Source: Candidatus Binatia bacterium
Lineage (GTDB): Bacteria; Desulfobacterota; Binatia; Bin18
Assembly (NCBI GenBank): GCA_963666315.2
Contig: CAXXHG010000032.1
Span: 32,001 to 96,000, forward strand
Direction: 5' to 3'
DNA: 64,000 nucleotides
A model generated the notes under the pieces. The model had not been told where the DNA came from and did no database searches. It worked only from the letters and a program-made list of their open reading frames with translations. Every line of letters starts with the position of its first letter. Positions within the stretch are counted from its first letter, which is position 1. Of the stretch, positions 34,640-46,267 are shown in pieces. Made by a program: the position numbers and the translations under genes.

Positions 34640-35771
34640 GTACAGAGCATATTCCCCAGGAATACCGAGGGTGGAGAGAGGGAGCTGGCCTGCGAAGCCG
34701 TTGTCAACGCGGTGGCGGATGCCCCCGCCTCGATATTGAACAAATTGACGGCCTGGCGTCATTCTCGAACGATACCAGTGTACCCTGGCTCATGCAGCAA
34801 GCCTTGGGGCTGCCGCGGCGCGGCTTTACCTCCATGGTCTGGGGTGGCGGTAGTTCAGGTACGTGTGGGGCTATCGCGTATGCCGTCGCAGCGGTGGAAT
34901 CCGGCCAGGCCGAGTATGTGGGGGTCTTTCGCCCGTTGTGCCAGGATGAAGGCCATCGCTACGGCCAATTGGGGGGCTATAACGAACTGCCCCATCTCAG
35001 CTTCATGGTCCCGTTCGGCATGTTCTCGCAGCCGATTATGATTGCTCCGCTGGTACAGCGCTATATTCACGAATTCGGAGCGCAGCCCGAACACTTCGGC
35101 GAGGTCGCCCTTGTCTGCCGGGACAATGCCCACCGCACCCGCGCGCGGTGATGGCCGGCCGGCCGCTGAGCATGCAGGACTATCTGACCTCACGGATCAT
35201 TGCCGAGCCGCTACGGTCGTACGACTGCTGCCAAGAAAATGACGGGGCGTGTGCGCTGATCGTAACGACGCTGGAGCGCGCGCGCGACTCACGCCAGAAA
35301 CCGGTGCGGGTTCTGGCTGCGGCTCAAGGTGGCTCAGCTGGCTGGGGCGATGGCGCATTAGGCTCACACAATATGCCGATTGAAGAGTACGGATCGGGCA
35401 ATGGCGCAACCTTGGCGACCGAGCTGTATAAACGGGCTGGTGTGACACCTGACGATGTCGATGTTGTCCAGATCTATGACCACTTCACCGGCTGTGTACT
35501 TATGACGCTAGAGAATTTCGGCTTTTGTGATCGGGGAGAGGCTGGGCCGTTTGTTGCTGACGGTAATATTCGCTGGCCGGATGGTCGTCTGCCACTCAAC
35601 ACTTCGGGTGGCCATCTCTCCGAAGCCTATATCCACGGTCTTAACCTGGCTGTAGAAAGCGTACGGCAACTACGCGGCGAGTCAACCTCGCAGGTTGCCG
35701 ATGCCGAAGTCTGCTTAGTCACAGCCGGGCTCAGCGCCTCGCCGGTAAGTGCGGCCCTCTTGGGAGTGTGA
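34640..35771 (+). pseudogene. Thiolase-like lipid-transfer protein (SCP-x/Ltp2-type), frameshifted
   Basis: ELACEAVVNAVADA, IDGLASF, DCCQENDGACA, QIYDHFT, NTSGGHLSEAYIHG. Confidence 0.85.
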
Positions 35772-35773
35772 GA

Positions 35774-36196
35774 ATGGCCTATATCCCGCCTGACATTTCC
35801 GGCCCAATTGCCACCGTGGCGGATCGCGCATTCTGGGACTACTGCCAGCAGCGCGAATTACGCTTTCAGCGCTGTTCTGCCTGTGGCCGCTTTCGGCATC
35901 CGCCTGCGCCCGCATGCCCTGGGTGTCGCTCATTCGAATCAGACTGGATACACGCTCCAGACACTGGGGTCGTGTTTAGTTTTACGATCGTCCATCATCC
36001 CGCCCACCCGTCCATGCAAACGGTCCTACCGTATAACGTTGCGATTATAGACTTCCCTGAGTGCGACCATGTGCGTCTTGTCAGTAATGTCATCGATGTG
36101 GCCCCAGAGGACGTGCACATTGGACTGCAGGTCGCCCTCGCATGGGAAACGGCCGGGAATGATATGCTCGTGCCTCGGTTTCGGAAGAAAAGCTAA
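35774..36196 (+). CDS. Zn-ribbon/OB-fold (DUF35, ChsH2-like) partner of the thiolase
   Basis: FWDYC..ELRFQRCSACGRFRHPP..ACPGC, GVVFSFTIVH. Confidence 0.88.
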   Translation: MAYIPPDISGPIATVADRAFWDYCQQRELRFQRCSACGRFRHPPAPACPGCRSFESDWIHAPDTGVVFSFTIVHHPAHPSMQTVLPYNVAIIDFPECDHVRLVSNVIDVAPEDVHIGLQVALAWETAGNDMLVPRFRKKS

Positions 36197-36223
36197 GCTG
36201 AGAGTAAGAGCTGAATATCCAAC

Positions 36224-38375
36224 ATGCCCCACGGCCAGACCACAATAATCGCGACCGAATTGAAACTGACAACTTAACAGGTCCAGACGGTCCTGGCTTT
36301 CCTGGATGACGGCGCAACAGTTCCGTTCTTGGCCCGCTATCGTAAGGAAGCCACTGGGGATCTGGATGAAGTGGCCATCAGTGCGATTCGGGATCGTTCG
36401 ACTCAGATCCGTGAACTTGAGAAACGCCGCGAGGTCGTTCTTCGCTCTATTCAGGAGCAAGGAAAGCTTACGGGGGACCTAAAAGAGAAAATCGCCGCAG
36501 CCTCTTCGCTGGCCGTCTTGGAAGACCTCTACCTGCCGTACCGCCCCAAGCGCCGCACCCGAGCGACCATTGCCAAGGAAAAAGGACTGGAACCTTTAGC
36601 CCGGCGTTTGTTTCAGCAAGAGTCTCAAGAGCCTATGGACGCGGCGCTCGAGGCGCGCGCGTTCATCGGCCCTGAGAAAGAACTCACATCGGTCGAGGAC
36701 GTACTCAGTGGTGCGCGCGACATCATCGCCGAGTGGGTCAGTGAGGATGCCCAGGCCCGAGAGAAAATCCGCCATCTGTTTACAACTCAGGGTATCCTAC
36801 GGTCCAAGGTCACGCGCCGCAAAGAGGCTGAAGGGGCGAAATACAAAGACTATTTTGATTGGGCCGAGCCCATTTCGACCATACCGTCACACCGCATGCT
36901 GGCTATGCGGCGTGGCGAAAGAGAGGAAATCTTAAGCCTGCGTCGGGCTCCACCTGAAGATACTGCGTATGCGCTTCTAGAGCAGTTATTTCTCACCCAC
37001 AGGAATGCTCAGGCAGAACACGTTCGTTTAGCTATTCATGACGGTTATAAGCGTCTGCTCGCTCCATCGATAGAAACGGAAATTCTTCTGACTGCAAAGC
37101 AGAAAGCCGGCGAGACCGCCATACGCATATTTACTGAAAATCTCCGCCAGCTTTTACTCGCTCCGCCATTAGGCCAAAAAAATGTTCTGGCTGTAGACCC
37201 CGGCTTTCGCACTGGCTGTAAGATCGCCTGTTTGGATAGACAAGGCAAGTTCTTGCATACCCAGACGATTTGCCCCCATCAGTCTGAGGAGCGCAGACGC
37301 AGCGCAGCCGAAAGTCTGCTGGCGTTGTGTGAGCGTTTTCAGATTGAGGCAATCGCCATAGGCCACGGCACAGCCGGACGCGAGACCGAGGCCTTTAGCC
37401 GGAAACTCTCGCTGCCCCCAACAACGTCGGTGGTGATGTTGAATGAAAGCGGCGCGTCGATTTACTCGGCCTCAGAAATCGCACGACAGGAATTTCCTGA
37501 CCAAGATATCACCGTCCGTGGCGCAATCTCTATAGGGCGGCGTCTCATGGACCCGCTGGCCGAGCTGGTCAAAATCGATCCAAAGTCTATAGGGGGTTGG
37601 CCAATATCAACATGACGTAGATCAGGCCGCGCTCAAAGAACGTCTGGACGATGTCGCCGCAAGCCGTGTGAATCAGGTCGGTGTGGAGGTGAATACCGCC
37701 GGCGCCCAACTCCTACAGTACGTATCGGGACTCGGCCCCCAGCTTGCTCAGAATATTGTGGCCTACCGGAATGAACACGGCCCCTTTCCCAGTCGCACCG
37801 CGCTTAAGAAAGTCCCTCGTCTTGGCCCGAAGGCGTTTGAGCAGGCGGCCGGATTCTTACGCATTCGAAACGGGCAAAACGCGAAGAACCCGCTTGATGC
37901 GAGCGCCGTTCACCCCGAGAGTTATCCCATCGTGCAACACATGGCGCGTGACCTCGCCTGTTCAGTCCATGACCTCCTCGGCGATGAAACGCTACGGCAA
38001 CAGATTCAGCTTACAAACTATGTGACCGATCACGTCGGCCTGCCCACTTTACACGACATCCTAGCCGAGCTGGCAAAGCCGGGGCGAGACCCGCGTGAAC
38101 AGTTCGAGGTCGTCCAATTTGCCGAGGGGATAGCGGCTATCGCGGATGTCCAGCCAGGTATGAAGTTGCCTGGTGTGGTGACGAATGGGACCGCCTTTGG
38201 CGCGTTTGTAGACATTGGGGTGCACCAGGATGGGCTGGTCCACATCAGCCAGCTTGCCGACCGCTTTGTCAAAGACCCGAACGAAATCGTCAAAGTTCAG
38301 CAAAAGGTGATGATGACCGTTCTCGATGTGGACTTACCGAGCCAGCGGATTTCGCTGTCCATGAAGGGGAATTGA
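36224..38375 (+). pseudogene. tex: Tex-family RNA-binding transcription accessory protein, disrupted
   Basis: GATVPFLARYRKEATG, LEDLYLPYRPKRRTRA, DPGFRTGCK, ESGASIYSAS, S1 domain FGAFVDIGVHQDGLVHIS. In-frame TAA at 36275 and a +1 G frameshift near 37595. Confidence 0.93.
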
Positions 38376-38432
38376 AGCGTACAGAGTCCAGTTAAGCCGT
38401 ACTGTCCTGTTGGTGTACGCCCTCGTGTATTC

Positions 38433-38729
38433 TCACTTCACGCGCAAGCCGCCAAGCGGCTTAGAGAGCTTATCGGTTGCCATATCCAGTGCATAATCGA
38501 GCTGGAGCCCGAGCCGGAACTGTGCCGACATTCCGAAATAGCGCGCGAGTCGAAGAGCGGTATCAGCGGTCACCCCGCGTTTCCCCAGGACGATTTCGTT
38601 AATACGTCGCTCCGGAACGCCAATGTCTAAGGCTAAGCGATTCTGACTCAGTCCCATTGGCTTCAGGAACTCTTCCTGTATCACTTCCCCAGGAGGAACA
38701 GGGTGCAGTTTCGTCTGACTCATTTTCAT
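38433..38729 (-). CDS. higA: HigA-family addiction module antitoxin (orphan)
   Basis: PVPPGEVIQEEFLKPMGLSQNRLA...RINEIVLGKRGVTADTALRLARYFG; no toxin upstream. Confidence 0.88.
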   Translation of the reverse strand: MKMSQTKLHPVPPGEVIQEEFLKPMGLSQNRLALDIGVPERRINEIVLGKRGVTADTALRLARYFGMSAQFRLGLQLDYALDMATDKLSKPLGGLRVK

Positions 38730-38763
38730 GTACGCCTTAGCATACATAACAAAACTACCTGGA

Positions 38764-39886
38764 GCACGTTGGAAACACCCCAGCCCCTCTCCCCTGGATT
38801 CTCTAGATTCACAAACCAAGTGCAACACGAGCTGGATAAGGTGTTGTCATGGACAAGAGATACAGACAACTTTCAGTTGAGGAGCGGTGGAAGATTGCCG
38901 GTCTTCAAGGCGCGGGGAGCTCGCTCCGGCAAGTTGCAGCAGCTGTGGATCGCGCGCCATCGACCATTGCTCGCGAGATAAAGCGGAACCAGGGCACCCA
39001 GGGGGCCTACACCCCGGCCTATGCCGATCAGCAGGCTTGCGCCCGGAGGTGGAACGGCTCGAAGCTGGAACGCAAGAAGGAGCTGCGCGTCAAGGCCCTG
39101 GGCGCCGGAGCAGGTGGCCGGCCGGCTGGCGGTTGAGCCCGGCAGCCAGGTGATCAGCCACGAGAGCATCTACCGGTTTCTCTATGCACAACTGGCGCGC
39201 ACCAAGGATGACCGCTGGCGGCTCTATCTGCCCCGCGCCAAATCCAAACGCGGCGGGCGCGGCAAGAAGCGCGGCTCTCCGGTCCGCTTCTTCGAAAGCC
39301 CGCCGGCCCCTCTCGGACCGCCCGGCCTGCGCCACCGACCGCCAGGTCCCCGGCCACTGGGAAGCCGCTCTGATGGTATTCGCCCACTACGGACCGGCCA
39401 TCCTGACCATGCATGAACGCCACTCCCCGGTCCTCCTCGCGGCCCGACCGCCCAGCAAGGCGGCTCAGCCCATGGCCCGGCTGATGGTCCAGCTCCTCAA
39501 ACCCTTGCCCCAAGCTTGCGCCAAACCCTGACCTTCGATAATGGCACCGAGTTCGTCCAGCACTACCAATTGCATCCCCTGGCCATTCAGACCTTCTTTT
39601 GCGACCCCCATAAGCCGTGGCAGAAGGGCGGCATTGAAAATGCCCTCGGTCGCATGCGGCGAACCATCCCGCGCAACACCGCCCTCGCCAGCCTGCGCAC
39701 AAACCGCTTTAATGCCCTCATCCGTGCCTACAACAACACACCCCGAAAATGTCTTGCCTGCCACACTCCTGCAGAGGTTCTTTTACAGCAACTGTTGCAC
39801 TTCAAATGTGAATCCACGGTCCCGTTTCCACGGGCATGACAGTCTTTCTTGTGTCATACTTGCGCAAGCAGGTACCCAGGCCTAGG
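38764..39886 (+). repeat. 1123-bp direct repeat, copy 1 (IS30 plus REP-like flanks)
   Basis: Matches 58278-59400 at a constant offset of 19514; one mismatch noticed by eye (gcgcaagc vs gcgcaggc). Confidence 0.95.
38804..39816 (+). mobile_element. IS30-family element with inactivated transposase
   Basis: Imperfect 24-bp IRs (tagattcacaaaccaagtgcaaca / tgttgcacttcaaatgtgaatcca). Motifs RAPSTIAREIKRN, SHESIYR, GHWEAAL, LTFDNGTEF, PWQKGGIEN are split by three frameshifts. Confidence 0.9.
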
Positions 39887-39912
39887 TTACAGGATGGAGT
39901 TTCGTCAGTGGC

Positions 39913-39993
39913 TCCTAACGACCGTATCGAGACCGACACTTTACTGCTGCGCTCGGCTACGCAGCAAGCCGCCGCTCATCCGAGACGCTCGGT
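39913..39993 (+). other. Degenerate integron attC site
   Basis: R'' tcctaac; cgtatcgag pairs imperfectly with ctcatccg with an extra C; central tgctgcg/cgcagca stem; R' gctcggt (GTT to GCT); then RBS and ATG. Confidence 0.6.
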
Positions 39994-40011
39994 TGCAAGG
40001 AGCTATTGCCA

Positions 40012-40383
40012 ATGAGCTATATTATTTTACTATTTGGTATTTCGATTCTGCTTTTAGGAGTGGTGATCCTTGTTAACCCCGATTCTATCATTGGCCTGAT
40101 TACCAGTCATTCTGAATCACTCGGCCTGCATGTTTTATCCGTCGTGGTCAGACTGGTGTTGGGTATAGCGCTCATAACATACGCTGCCGAATCTCACTAT
40201 CCAGTTGGCTTACAAATCCTTGGTTGGCTTACGGTCACTGTCGCGATTATATTGGGCGTAATGGGCCGCTCTCGATTTAAGGGTTTGACGACATTGTCGC
40301 TCAGCTTTGCCTCAACCTTTGGGCGTTTTGCCGGATTCTTGGCCATTTTGCTCGGAGGCTTTCTTATTTATGCGGTGGTTTAA
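40012..40383 (+). CDS. Small integral membrane protein, about 4 TM helices, cassette-like
   Basis: Hydrophobic 123-aa ORF with AAGGAG RBS between two attC-like hairpins. Confidence 0.75.
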   Translation: MSYIILLFGISILLLGVVILVNPDSIIGLITSHSESLGLHVLSVVVRLVLGIALITYAAESHYPVGLQILGWLTVTVAIILGVMGRSRFKGLTTLSLSFASTFGRFAGFLAILLGGFLIYAVV

Positions 40384-40398
40384 GACGAAAGCGCTACC

Positions 40399-40486
40399 AC
40401 ATAACAGAGCAATTCCCTTACGCCAGCAAGCTGACTGGCCTTTCACAAGCTTCGCTTGCTTCGGCGGGTGATAGGCTGCATTGAGC
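40399..40486 (+). other. Degenerate integron attC site
   Basis: R'' acataac; inner cgcc-agcaagc/gcttgct-ggcg stem; R' attgagc (GTT to ATT); then AGGAGG RBS. Confidence 0.5.
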
Positions 40487-40500
40487 CGCAGGAGGAACCC

Positions 40501-41091
40501 CTGAGCAATCAGCTTCAGAGTTTACTAGCTGAGCTGGAGCAATTCGGCAAAGCGAATGACAGTGAGATGACTGAGCGACCGCGCCGCATGTTTAACATCA
40601 CCCGCGGCACCGGAGAGTTTTTGGCTGTACTGGTTCGTGCGACAGTTGCACGCCGGGTACTCGAGATCGGCACATCGAACGGCTACTCTACTCTGTGGCT
40701 TGGGGATGCTGCCCGCGTAATCGACGGCGCGGTCACGACCGTTGAGTCCGCCGAGTATAAGGTAGGGTTGGCGACGAAAAACTTCATTCGTTCCGGACTG
40801 GCCTCGTGGATCACGCTTGTACACACTGACGCGGGTCTGGTGCTTGGCAGTTCGGCGGACGAGGCCTTTGATCTGGTGTTCCTCGACTCCAAGCGTTCCG
40901 AGTACGTTGGCTGGTGGTCCCATCTCAAGCGTGTGCTCCGACCTGGCGGTCTGCTTGTGGCGGATAACGCCACCTTCCATGTTGAGGAGATGGCAGCGTT
41001 TGTCGCCCTGGTCGAGGCGGACACGGGTTTCACGACGAGCCTTGTACCGGTGGGCAAGGGTGAGTTTCTAGCAGTGAAGACGCCCAGATGA
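40501..41091 (+). CDS. O-methyltransferase (YrrM/COMT-like); start codon reads CTG
   Basis: VLEIGTSNGYSTLWL, FDLVFLDS, LRPGGLLVADN; RBS 6 nt before CTG. Confidence 0.85.
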   Translation: MSNQLQSLLAELEQFGKANDSEMTERPRRMFNITRGTGEFLAVLVRATVARRVLEIGTSNGYSTLWLGDAARVIDGAVTTVESAEYKVGLATKNFIRSGLASWITLVHTDAGLVLGSSADEAFDLVFLDSKRSEYVGWWSHLKRVLRPGGLLVADNATFHVEEMAAFVALVEADTGFTTSLVPVGKGEFLAVKTPR

Positions 41092-41206
41092 ACGTGCTGC
41101 CAACACAGTGGAATTGATACCGAGGCTGAAAAATTGATGAAAGATTCCAAAGTAACCAAGCAGAGGGTTGTTTTGACACAGATGCACTTTGAATCAGGAC
41201 ATAGCC

Positions 41207-41674
41207 ATGACGAATAACGATGTGTTGCGCCGTATCCGCTATGTCTTCGACTTTAACGATACGAAAATGATTTCAGTATTTGGTTTAGCTGATCATCAGG
41301 TGACACGGGCGCAGATCAGCGATTGGCTAAAGAAAGATAATGATCCTGCGCATCATAAATGCAGTGACACGCTGTTGGCGACTTTCCTCAATGGTCTGAT
41401 TACTGATAAACGAGGCAGAAAAGAAGGGCTGCAGCCCGAGCCAGAGCAGCGACTCAATAACAATATCGTTTTTATGAAATTAAAAATCGCATTGAATTTG
41501 AAAGCCGAAGATGTATTGCAGATTATGGACTTGGCTCATTTTTCCATCAGTAAGGGCGAATTAGGTTCGTTCTTCCGGAGGCCGGGCCATAAACACTACC
41601 GGGAGTGTAAAGATCAGATCTTACGTAATTTCCTAAAAGGTATACAGCTGAAGTATCGTGCGAGCGCTGAATAA
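41207..41674 (+). CDS. yehS: YehS/DUF1456-family protein
   Basis: MTNNDVLRRIRY, FLNGLI..KRG, LNNNIVFMKLKIALNL, HKHYRECKDQILRNFL. Confidence 0.88.
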   Translation: MTNNDVLRRIRYVFDFNDTKMISVFGLADHQVTRAQISDWLKKDNDPAHHKCSDTLLATFLNGLITDKRGRKEGLQPEPEQRLNNNIVFMKLKIALNLKAEDVLQIMDLAHFSISKGELGSFFRRPGHKHYRECKDQILRNFLKGIQLKYRASAE

Positions 41675-41734
41675 AAGGAAGGTTCGAATGGCAGTCGCAT
41701 TCTTGAGATGCGGCGGTATTTTTAAGTAAACAAT

Positions 41735-42442
41735 ATGCTGAAAAATCAGACAAACTTTAAAAGCCCTCCCAAAAGATATCAGCCCAAGGGGCTTTCTATT
41801 CTGTATGAAGATCGTGACATTCTGGTTGTGGATAAAATAAATGGTCTTTTGACAGTGAGTAATGAGAAAGTCAAAGAAAACACAGCTTATTATCTCTTAA
41901 ATGACTACGTGCGAAAAGGAAATCAGAAATCGAGAAAACGGATATTTATCGTACACCGTCTAGATAAAGATACTTCCGGTATTATCATTTTTGCTAAAAA
42001 TGAAAATGCCCAGCGTTATCTTCAGGAAGGGTGGCAGGACTTTAAAAAAACGTATTATGCTGTAGTCCATGGGACTTTAGGGGAGAAAGAGGGCGTAATC
42101 ACGTCATATCTTGTAGAAAACAGTGTTCATAAAATGTATTCGGTTGATGACCCTAAAAAAGGGAAACTTGCGAAGACCGGCTATAAAGTTCTGCGAGAAT
42201 CAAAAAGATACAGTCTGCTTGAGATAGATTTATTGACCGGCAGGAAAAATCAGATCCGAGTCCATTTATCGGACAAAGGTTGCCCTGTGGCCGGTGACAA
42301 AAAGTATGGAGTCAAGGCGAAGGGTATTAAAAGACTGACGCTTCATGCGGCCTGCTTAACACTATTACACCCCTATTCAAAAGAGGAGATGACATTTGAG
42401 ACCAAGATGCCTGCTTATTTTAAATCACTGGTGAATAGTTAA
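41735..42442 (+). CDS. RluA-family pseudouridine synthase
   Basis: ILYEDRDILVVDK, VHRLDKDTSG, TGRKNQIRVH, GDKKYG, LHA; noticeably AT-rich. Confidence 0.92.
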   Translation: MLKNQTNFKSPPKRYQPKGLSILYEDRDILVVDKINGLLTVSNEKVKENTAYYLLNDYVRKGNQKSRKRIFIVHRLDKDTSGIIIFAKNENAQRYLQEGWQDFKKTYYAVVHGTLGEKEGVITSYLVENSVHKMYSVDDPKKGKLAKTGYKVLRESKRYSLLEIDLLTGRKNQIRVHLSDKGCPVAGDKKYGVKAKGIKRLTLHAACLTLLHPYSKEEMTFETKMPAYFKSLVNS

Positions 42443-42473
42443 ACGACGATGACTTATTGAAGTTTTACCCGCC

Positions 42474-42998
42474 ATGGTACCCTTGGTAACACTGCAGCCG
42501 TTTAAAAAATCACTTCTGAAGCTCTTGGCAGCTTGGCTCAAACAGCCCCATGTTGCTCGGTGGTTCCCGACCCCTGAGGAGGACTTGACGTGGGCGATGA
42601 ATCCCTCTGCTGGTAGATCTCAAGCCATTATCGCGAGTGGCGCGGCAGAAGTGGGATATCTTCGCTGGCAGCGTGTTGATCGAGACACCTTGGATTCTTT
42701 TGGCTTGCAGGAGATTCCTGCGAACTCAGTAGATGCTGACATTCTCCTTGGCGAGCAAGGAAGTGTTGGTAAGGGGATAGGCCCGTCTGCTTTGATGGCG
42801 CTCGCTCATAAGATTCGAGAGGAAGGCGACGTCCCCCTCATTGGCCTGACGACTGAACTTGAAAATACTCACGCCCATAGAGCATTTGAGAAGGCTGGCT
42901 TTCGCGTCACTCGCCAGTACGATACTGGCAAACCCGGTGTATATCGTCTCATGACCTTGGATCTTCGGGCTGCAAGGGTCGGCACAACAAAGATATGA
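42474..42998 (+). CDS. GNAT acetyltransferase (AAC(6')-like fold)
   Basis: WLKQPHVARWF, VGYLRW, VGKGIG, N.HAHRAFEKAGF. Confidence 0.8.
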   Translation: MVPLVTLQPFKKSLLKLLAAWLKQPHVARWFPTPEEDLTWAMNPSAGRSQAIIASGAAEVGYLRWQRVDRDTLDSFGLQEIPANSVDADILLGEQGSVGKGIGPSALMALAHKIREEGDVPLIGLTTELENTHAHRAFEKAGFRVTRQYDTGKPGVYRLMTLDLRAARVGTTKI

Positions 42999-43007
42999 AA
43001 GACCTCA

Positions 43008-43615
43008 ATGTTAAAACTGTATCAATTTCCGATATCGCATTATTGCGAAAAAATTCGGTGGGTTCTTGCATTCAAGAATCTTAATCATGAAGTGAAGAAT
43101 CTGCTTCCCGGACTACACACATTGACAACGAAAAAATTGTCGCCGCTCACATCTGTGCCGATTTTGACACATGACGATAAGGTCATACAGGGATCTGACA
43201 AAATTATTTCCTATCTCGATGAAACATTCCCGGCTCTGAGGCTTATACCCCAAGAAGTACAAACAAGAGACGAAGCGTTGGAATGGGAAAAATATATAGA
43301 ATTGAAATAGGTATCCATGTACGCCGCTGTTGTTACCACATTCTTTTAAAATACCCGGATATCGTCATCCTATTTTTTACACACAATGGGCCTTGGTATG
43401 GAAAGCCTCTTTTGACTATTATGTTTCCTCAATTGAAAATAAAGATGCGGCGGCTCATGGATATTACTGATGAGTCGGCTAAGAACTCCTAAGAGCATCT
43501 GAGAATAGCAATTGATAGACTATATTCTCATTACCAAGAACATGAGTTTCTTGCTGGAAATCAATTCTCACGGGCTGACTTAGCTGCCGCAGCCTTACTT
43601 GTGCCGCTGTGTGTG
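43008..43615 (+). pseudogene. Glutathione S-transferase-family remnant
   Basis: LYQFPISHYCEKIRW, SVPIL, IQGSDKIISYLD; later FLAGNQFSRADLAAAAL; frameshifts and truncation. Confidence 0.8.
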
Positions 43616-44538
43616 CCGAAGAAACGATCATTCTGGATGAGCCTGATTCGCACCTACATCCGAATAACCAAAGGCTGCTGTGCAAACTACTTCAGGGTGT
43701 CGCTGAAGAGCGGGATACCCAAGTGTTTCTCACCACTCATTCCCGACATGTGGTCGACGCCCTCAGCGGTCAGGCTACATTCCTCTGGGTCCGGAATGGG
43801 ACTGTGGAGAAAATGGGGCACGATCATGACTTGGCGGTTTTGCTGGACATCGGTGCCCTCGATGTGAAGGAGATGCTGTCCCAGTCTCATGCAAAATGCA
43901 TTGTCCTTACTGAAGATGCGCTGAAGCGAGGGCTCGAGGTGCTTCTCGGTTCATCCGGTATTCCAATGGACGAGACACTAACTTTGGCCTACTACGGGTG
44001 CGCTGCACCTCACAATCTTCGCCCGCTACTAGAGCTTATTAGGGCTTCCAATCTCAAGGCCAAGATTGTCGTTCATAGGGACCGAGATTACCTGACAGAC
44101 GAAGAGGGTGCCGAATGGGAGACCGAGATTCGGAACATGGAGGCAGAACCATTTCTGACTCATGGTGTGGACATCGAGTCTCACTTCCTTTACGCGAACC
44201 ATCTGGCAGAGTTGAACGGAAAAACAGAAGGAGAGATGGATCAATTGCTCCAGCAAGCGACTGACGCCTGCCGCGATTTGTGAATAGAGAAGTATGTGAA
44301 CGGCAGAACCGACATCGCTAAGAAGGCGGGGACCTTTGGGATCTTGAACTTAGGTCAATTGGCGACCAAGAGACCTCAATTGGTTGATGAGAACTCTGAA
44401 CGATATCGGCATGCGAAGACGGTTATGAACACAGCACGCCAGCTGCACCAACAAGCCACTGGCACCAATCTGCGTGTTATCGAGCCATCATCTCATATCG
44501 AGGTGGAAGAGCTATTAACTCTAGCGAAGATGCTTTGA
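43615..44538 (+). pseudogene. ABC-type ATPase/TOPRIM (OLD-like) defence protein remnant
   Basis: Walker B ILDEPDSHLHP, TTHS, VLTED, HRDRD; Walker A region missing; in-frame TGA at 44281. Confidence 0.7.
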
Positions 44539-44719
44539 GACGGCGAATCAGGGGAGGTTGCCAGGAATTTTAGGTTTTCTTTGGCACTGAGAAAAGCCGC
44601 GAAGAAGGGATAGGGAGACGGCGCTATGCCCTTAAATACATCGGCAATGTCCCCTGTCCCTAGGTCACATGGGTCGCAACGGCCCTACATGTGCATCTCT
44701 ATCTTGCTACTATTGCAAT

Positions 44720-45535
44720 TATCCAAACTTGAGAAAGTTGATTTGAGAAAAGTCTGAAAGCATGAAGCGTTAGATTTTATGAATTGGCTTGCCATGCCAG
44801 AAAATCTTGAGTTGTTGAGTGATGAAATTGGGATAGATATTTCTCTTATCCAAACAGAAGCAAGCGTTGGCAATTTCAATGTCGATATTCTGACCGAAGA
44901 AGAAAACACTGGTAGAAAGATTGTCATCAAAAATCAACTGGAGGCGGCCGACCATGATCATCTAAGAAAAATAATCACATACGCATCAGGCTTTGATGCC
45001 GATATTATTGTCTGGATTGTTAAAAGTTTCCGTGACGAGCATAAACAAGCGGTCGATTGGCTTAACGAACATACGGATTCAAATATCAATATTTTTGCAA
45101 TACAAATGGAGGTCGGGAAAATTGCGAATTCGCCATATGCCCCTAAGTTTCATGTGATAGCTAGCTCAAATAATTGGGCAAAGGCTGTTAAAAAGATAAC
45201 AACCCAAAGCGATCTATCAGACACAAAAAGTTTACAGCCAGAGTTCTGGAATAAATTCAAAGAACACGTTCAGGACAATGGTGGGAAAATAAAATTAAGG
45301 AAGGCATATCCTCAGGGTTGGTACGATATCAGTTTTGGCTTTTCAAGCGCCCATATTGCCTTAACTGTCAATAGTCAATCCGAACAAATGGCATGTGAAG
45401 TATACATCGGAGATTCCAAGCAACTGTTTTCTTCCCTTTATGAACAAAAAGAGAAAATCGAAGATGAATTATCGGAGCAGTTAGTTTGCGAAGAATTGCC
45501 GGAAAAGAAAGCAAGCATAATCAAACTCATAATCT
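44720..45535 (+). pseudogene. DUF4268-containing endonuclease-like protein, disrupted
   Basis: LEKVDLRKV*KHEALDF (TGA at 44755), DHDHL.KIITYASG, EFWNKF; C-terminus truncated. Confidence 0.75.
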
Positions 45536-46267
45536 ATAGCTACCCAACGGCCCACTTGCTCCACCGGTGGCTGGGTCTTCTTCGATACCAAGAATCGGAG
45601 CGAACATGCGGCTGTAGGCAGTGGCATTGTCGTTGGCTGTCTCCAATGAAAATGCAAAGACCGGCAGCTCCTGCAAATGTGAAGCGCGGCAGACCTCACG
45701 CAGAGCGGTTCTATCCAAAACGACCGCGTCGACCGCTGCTCGGGTAGTGAGCGGCACAAACAAAAAGGGGACACCTGAGGAGGCTTCTTGGACTGGCAGC
45801 TTAGAATCGCAGATATCTGCTTCCTCAACGCCGAGTGCCAGCGCAAGGCCCTTCATATCGGTCAGCGTTGCTCCAAACTCGGGCAGCCGCTGCACCATCC
45901 ATGCAAATACGAGCCGCTTCGATTCCCACTCCAGCCGTACCGGTACCGGACCGATACCTAATCCCAATGTGATCGTAGGACTCTCAGCCGCAATGCGCCC
46001 TTCGTGTGCAAGCGCAAAGGTAGTGCCGATCGTGGGATGGCCAGCCATGGGAAGCTCCGTGTGCGGGGTGAAAATTCTGATCCTAACATCAGTGCCGCCG
46101 GCTTCAGCCGGGAATACGAATGTGGTTTCAGAGAAAGCCATCTCTGGCGCAATACGCTGCATCAACTCCGATTCGAGACCCGTAGCGTCAGGAAATACAG
46201 CCAACTGGTTTCCAGAAAACGCAGTGTCGGTAAAAACGTCGAGATGTAGGTATCTGTATGAACGTAC
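45527..46267 (-). pseudogene. PhzF-family epimerase/isomerase, truncated, start codon lost
   Basis: LDVFTDTAFSGNQLAVF, SETTFV, ELPMAGHPTIG, EDPATGGA; GTA at the expected start after AGGAG; C-terminus missing. Confidence 0.85.

Noticed and set aside
38849-39839. Programmed ribosomal frameshifting in the IS30 transposase
   Set aside because: Three shifts, an apparent small deletion and a lost catalytic Asp indicate inactivation. IS30 transposases are normally single ORFs.
44779-45747. Long overlap between the DUF4268 ORF and phzF
   Set aside because: Read-through after a deletion removed both native stop regions; not a functional overlap.
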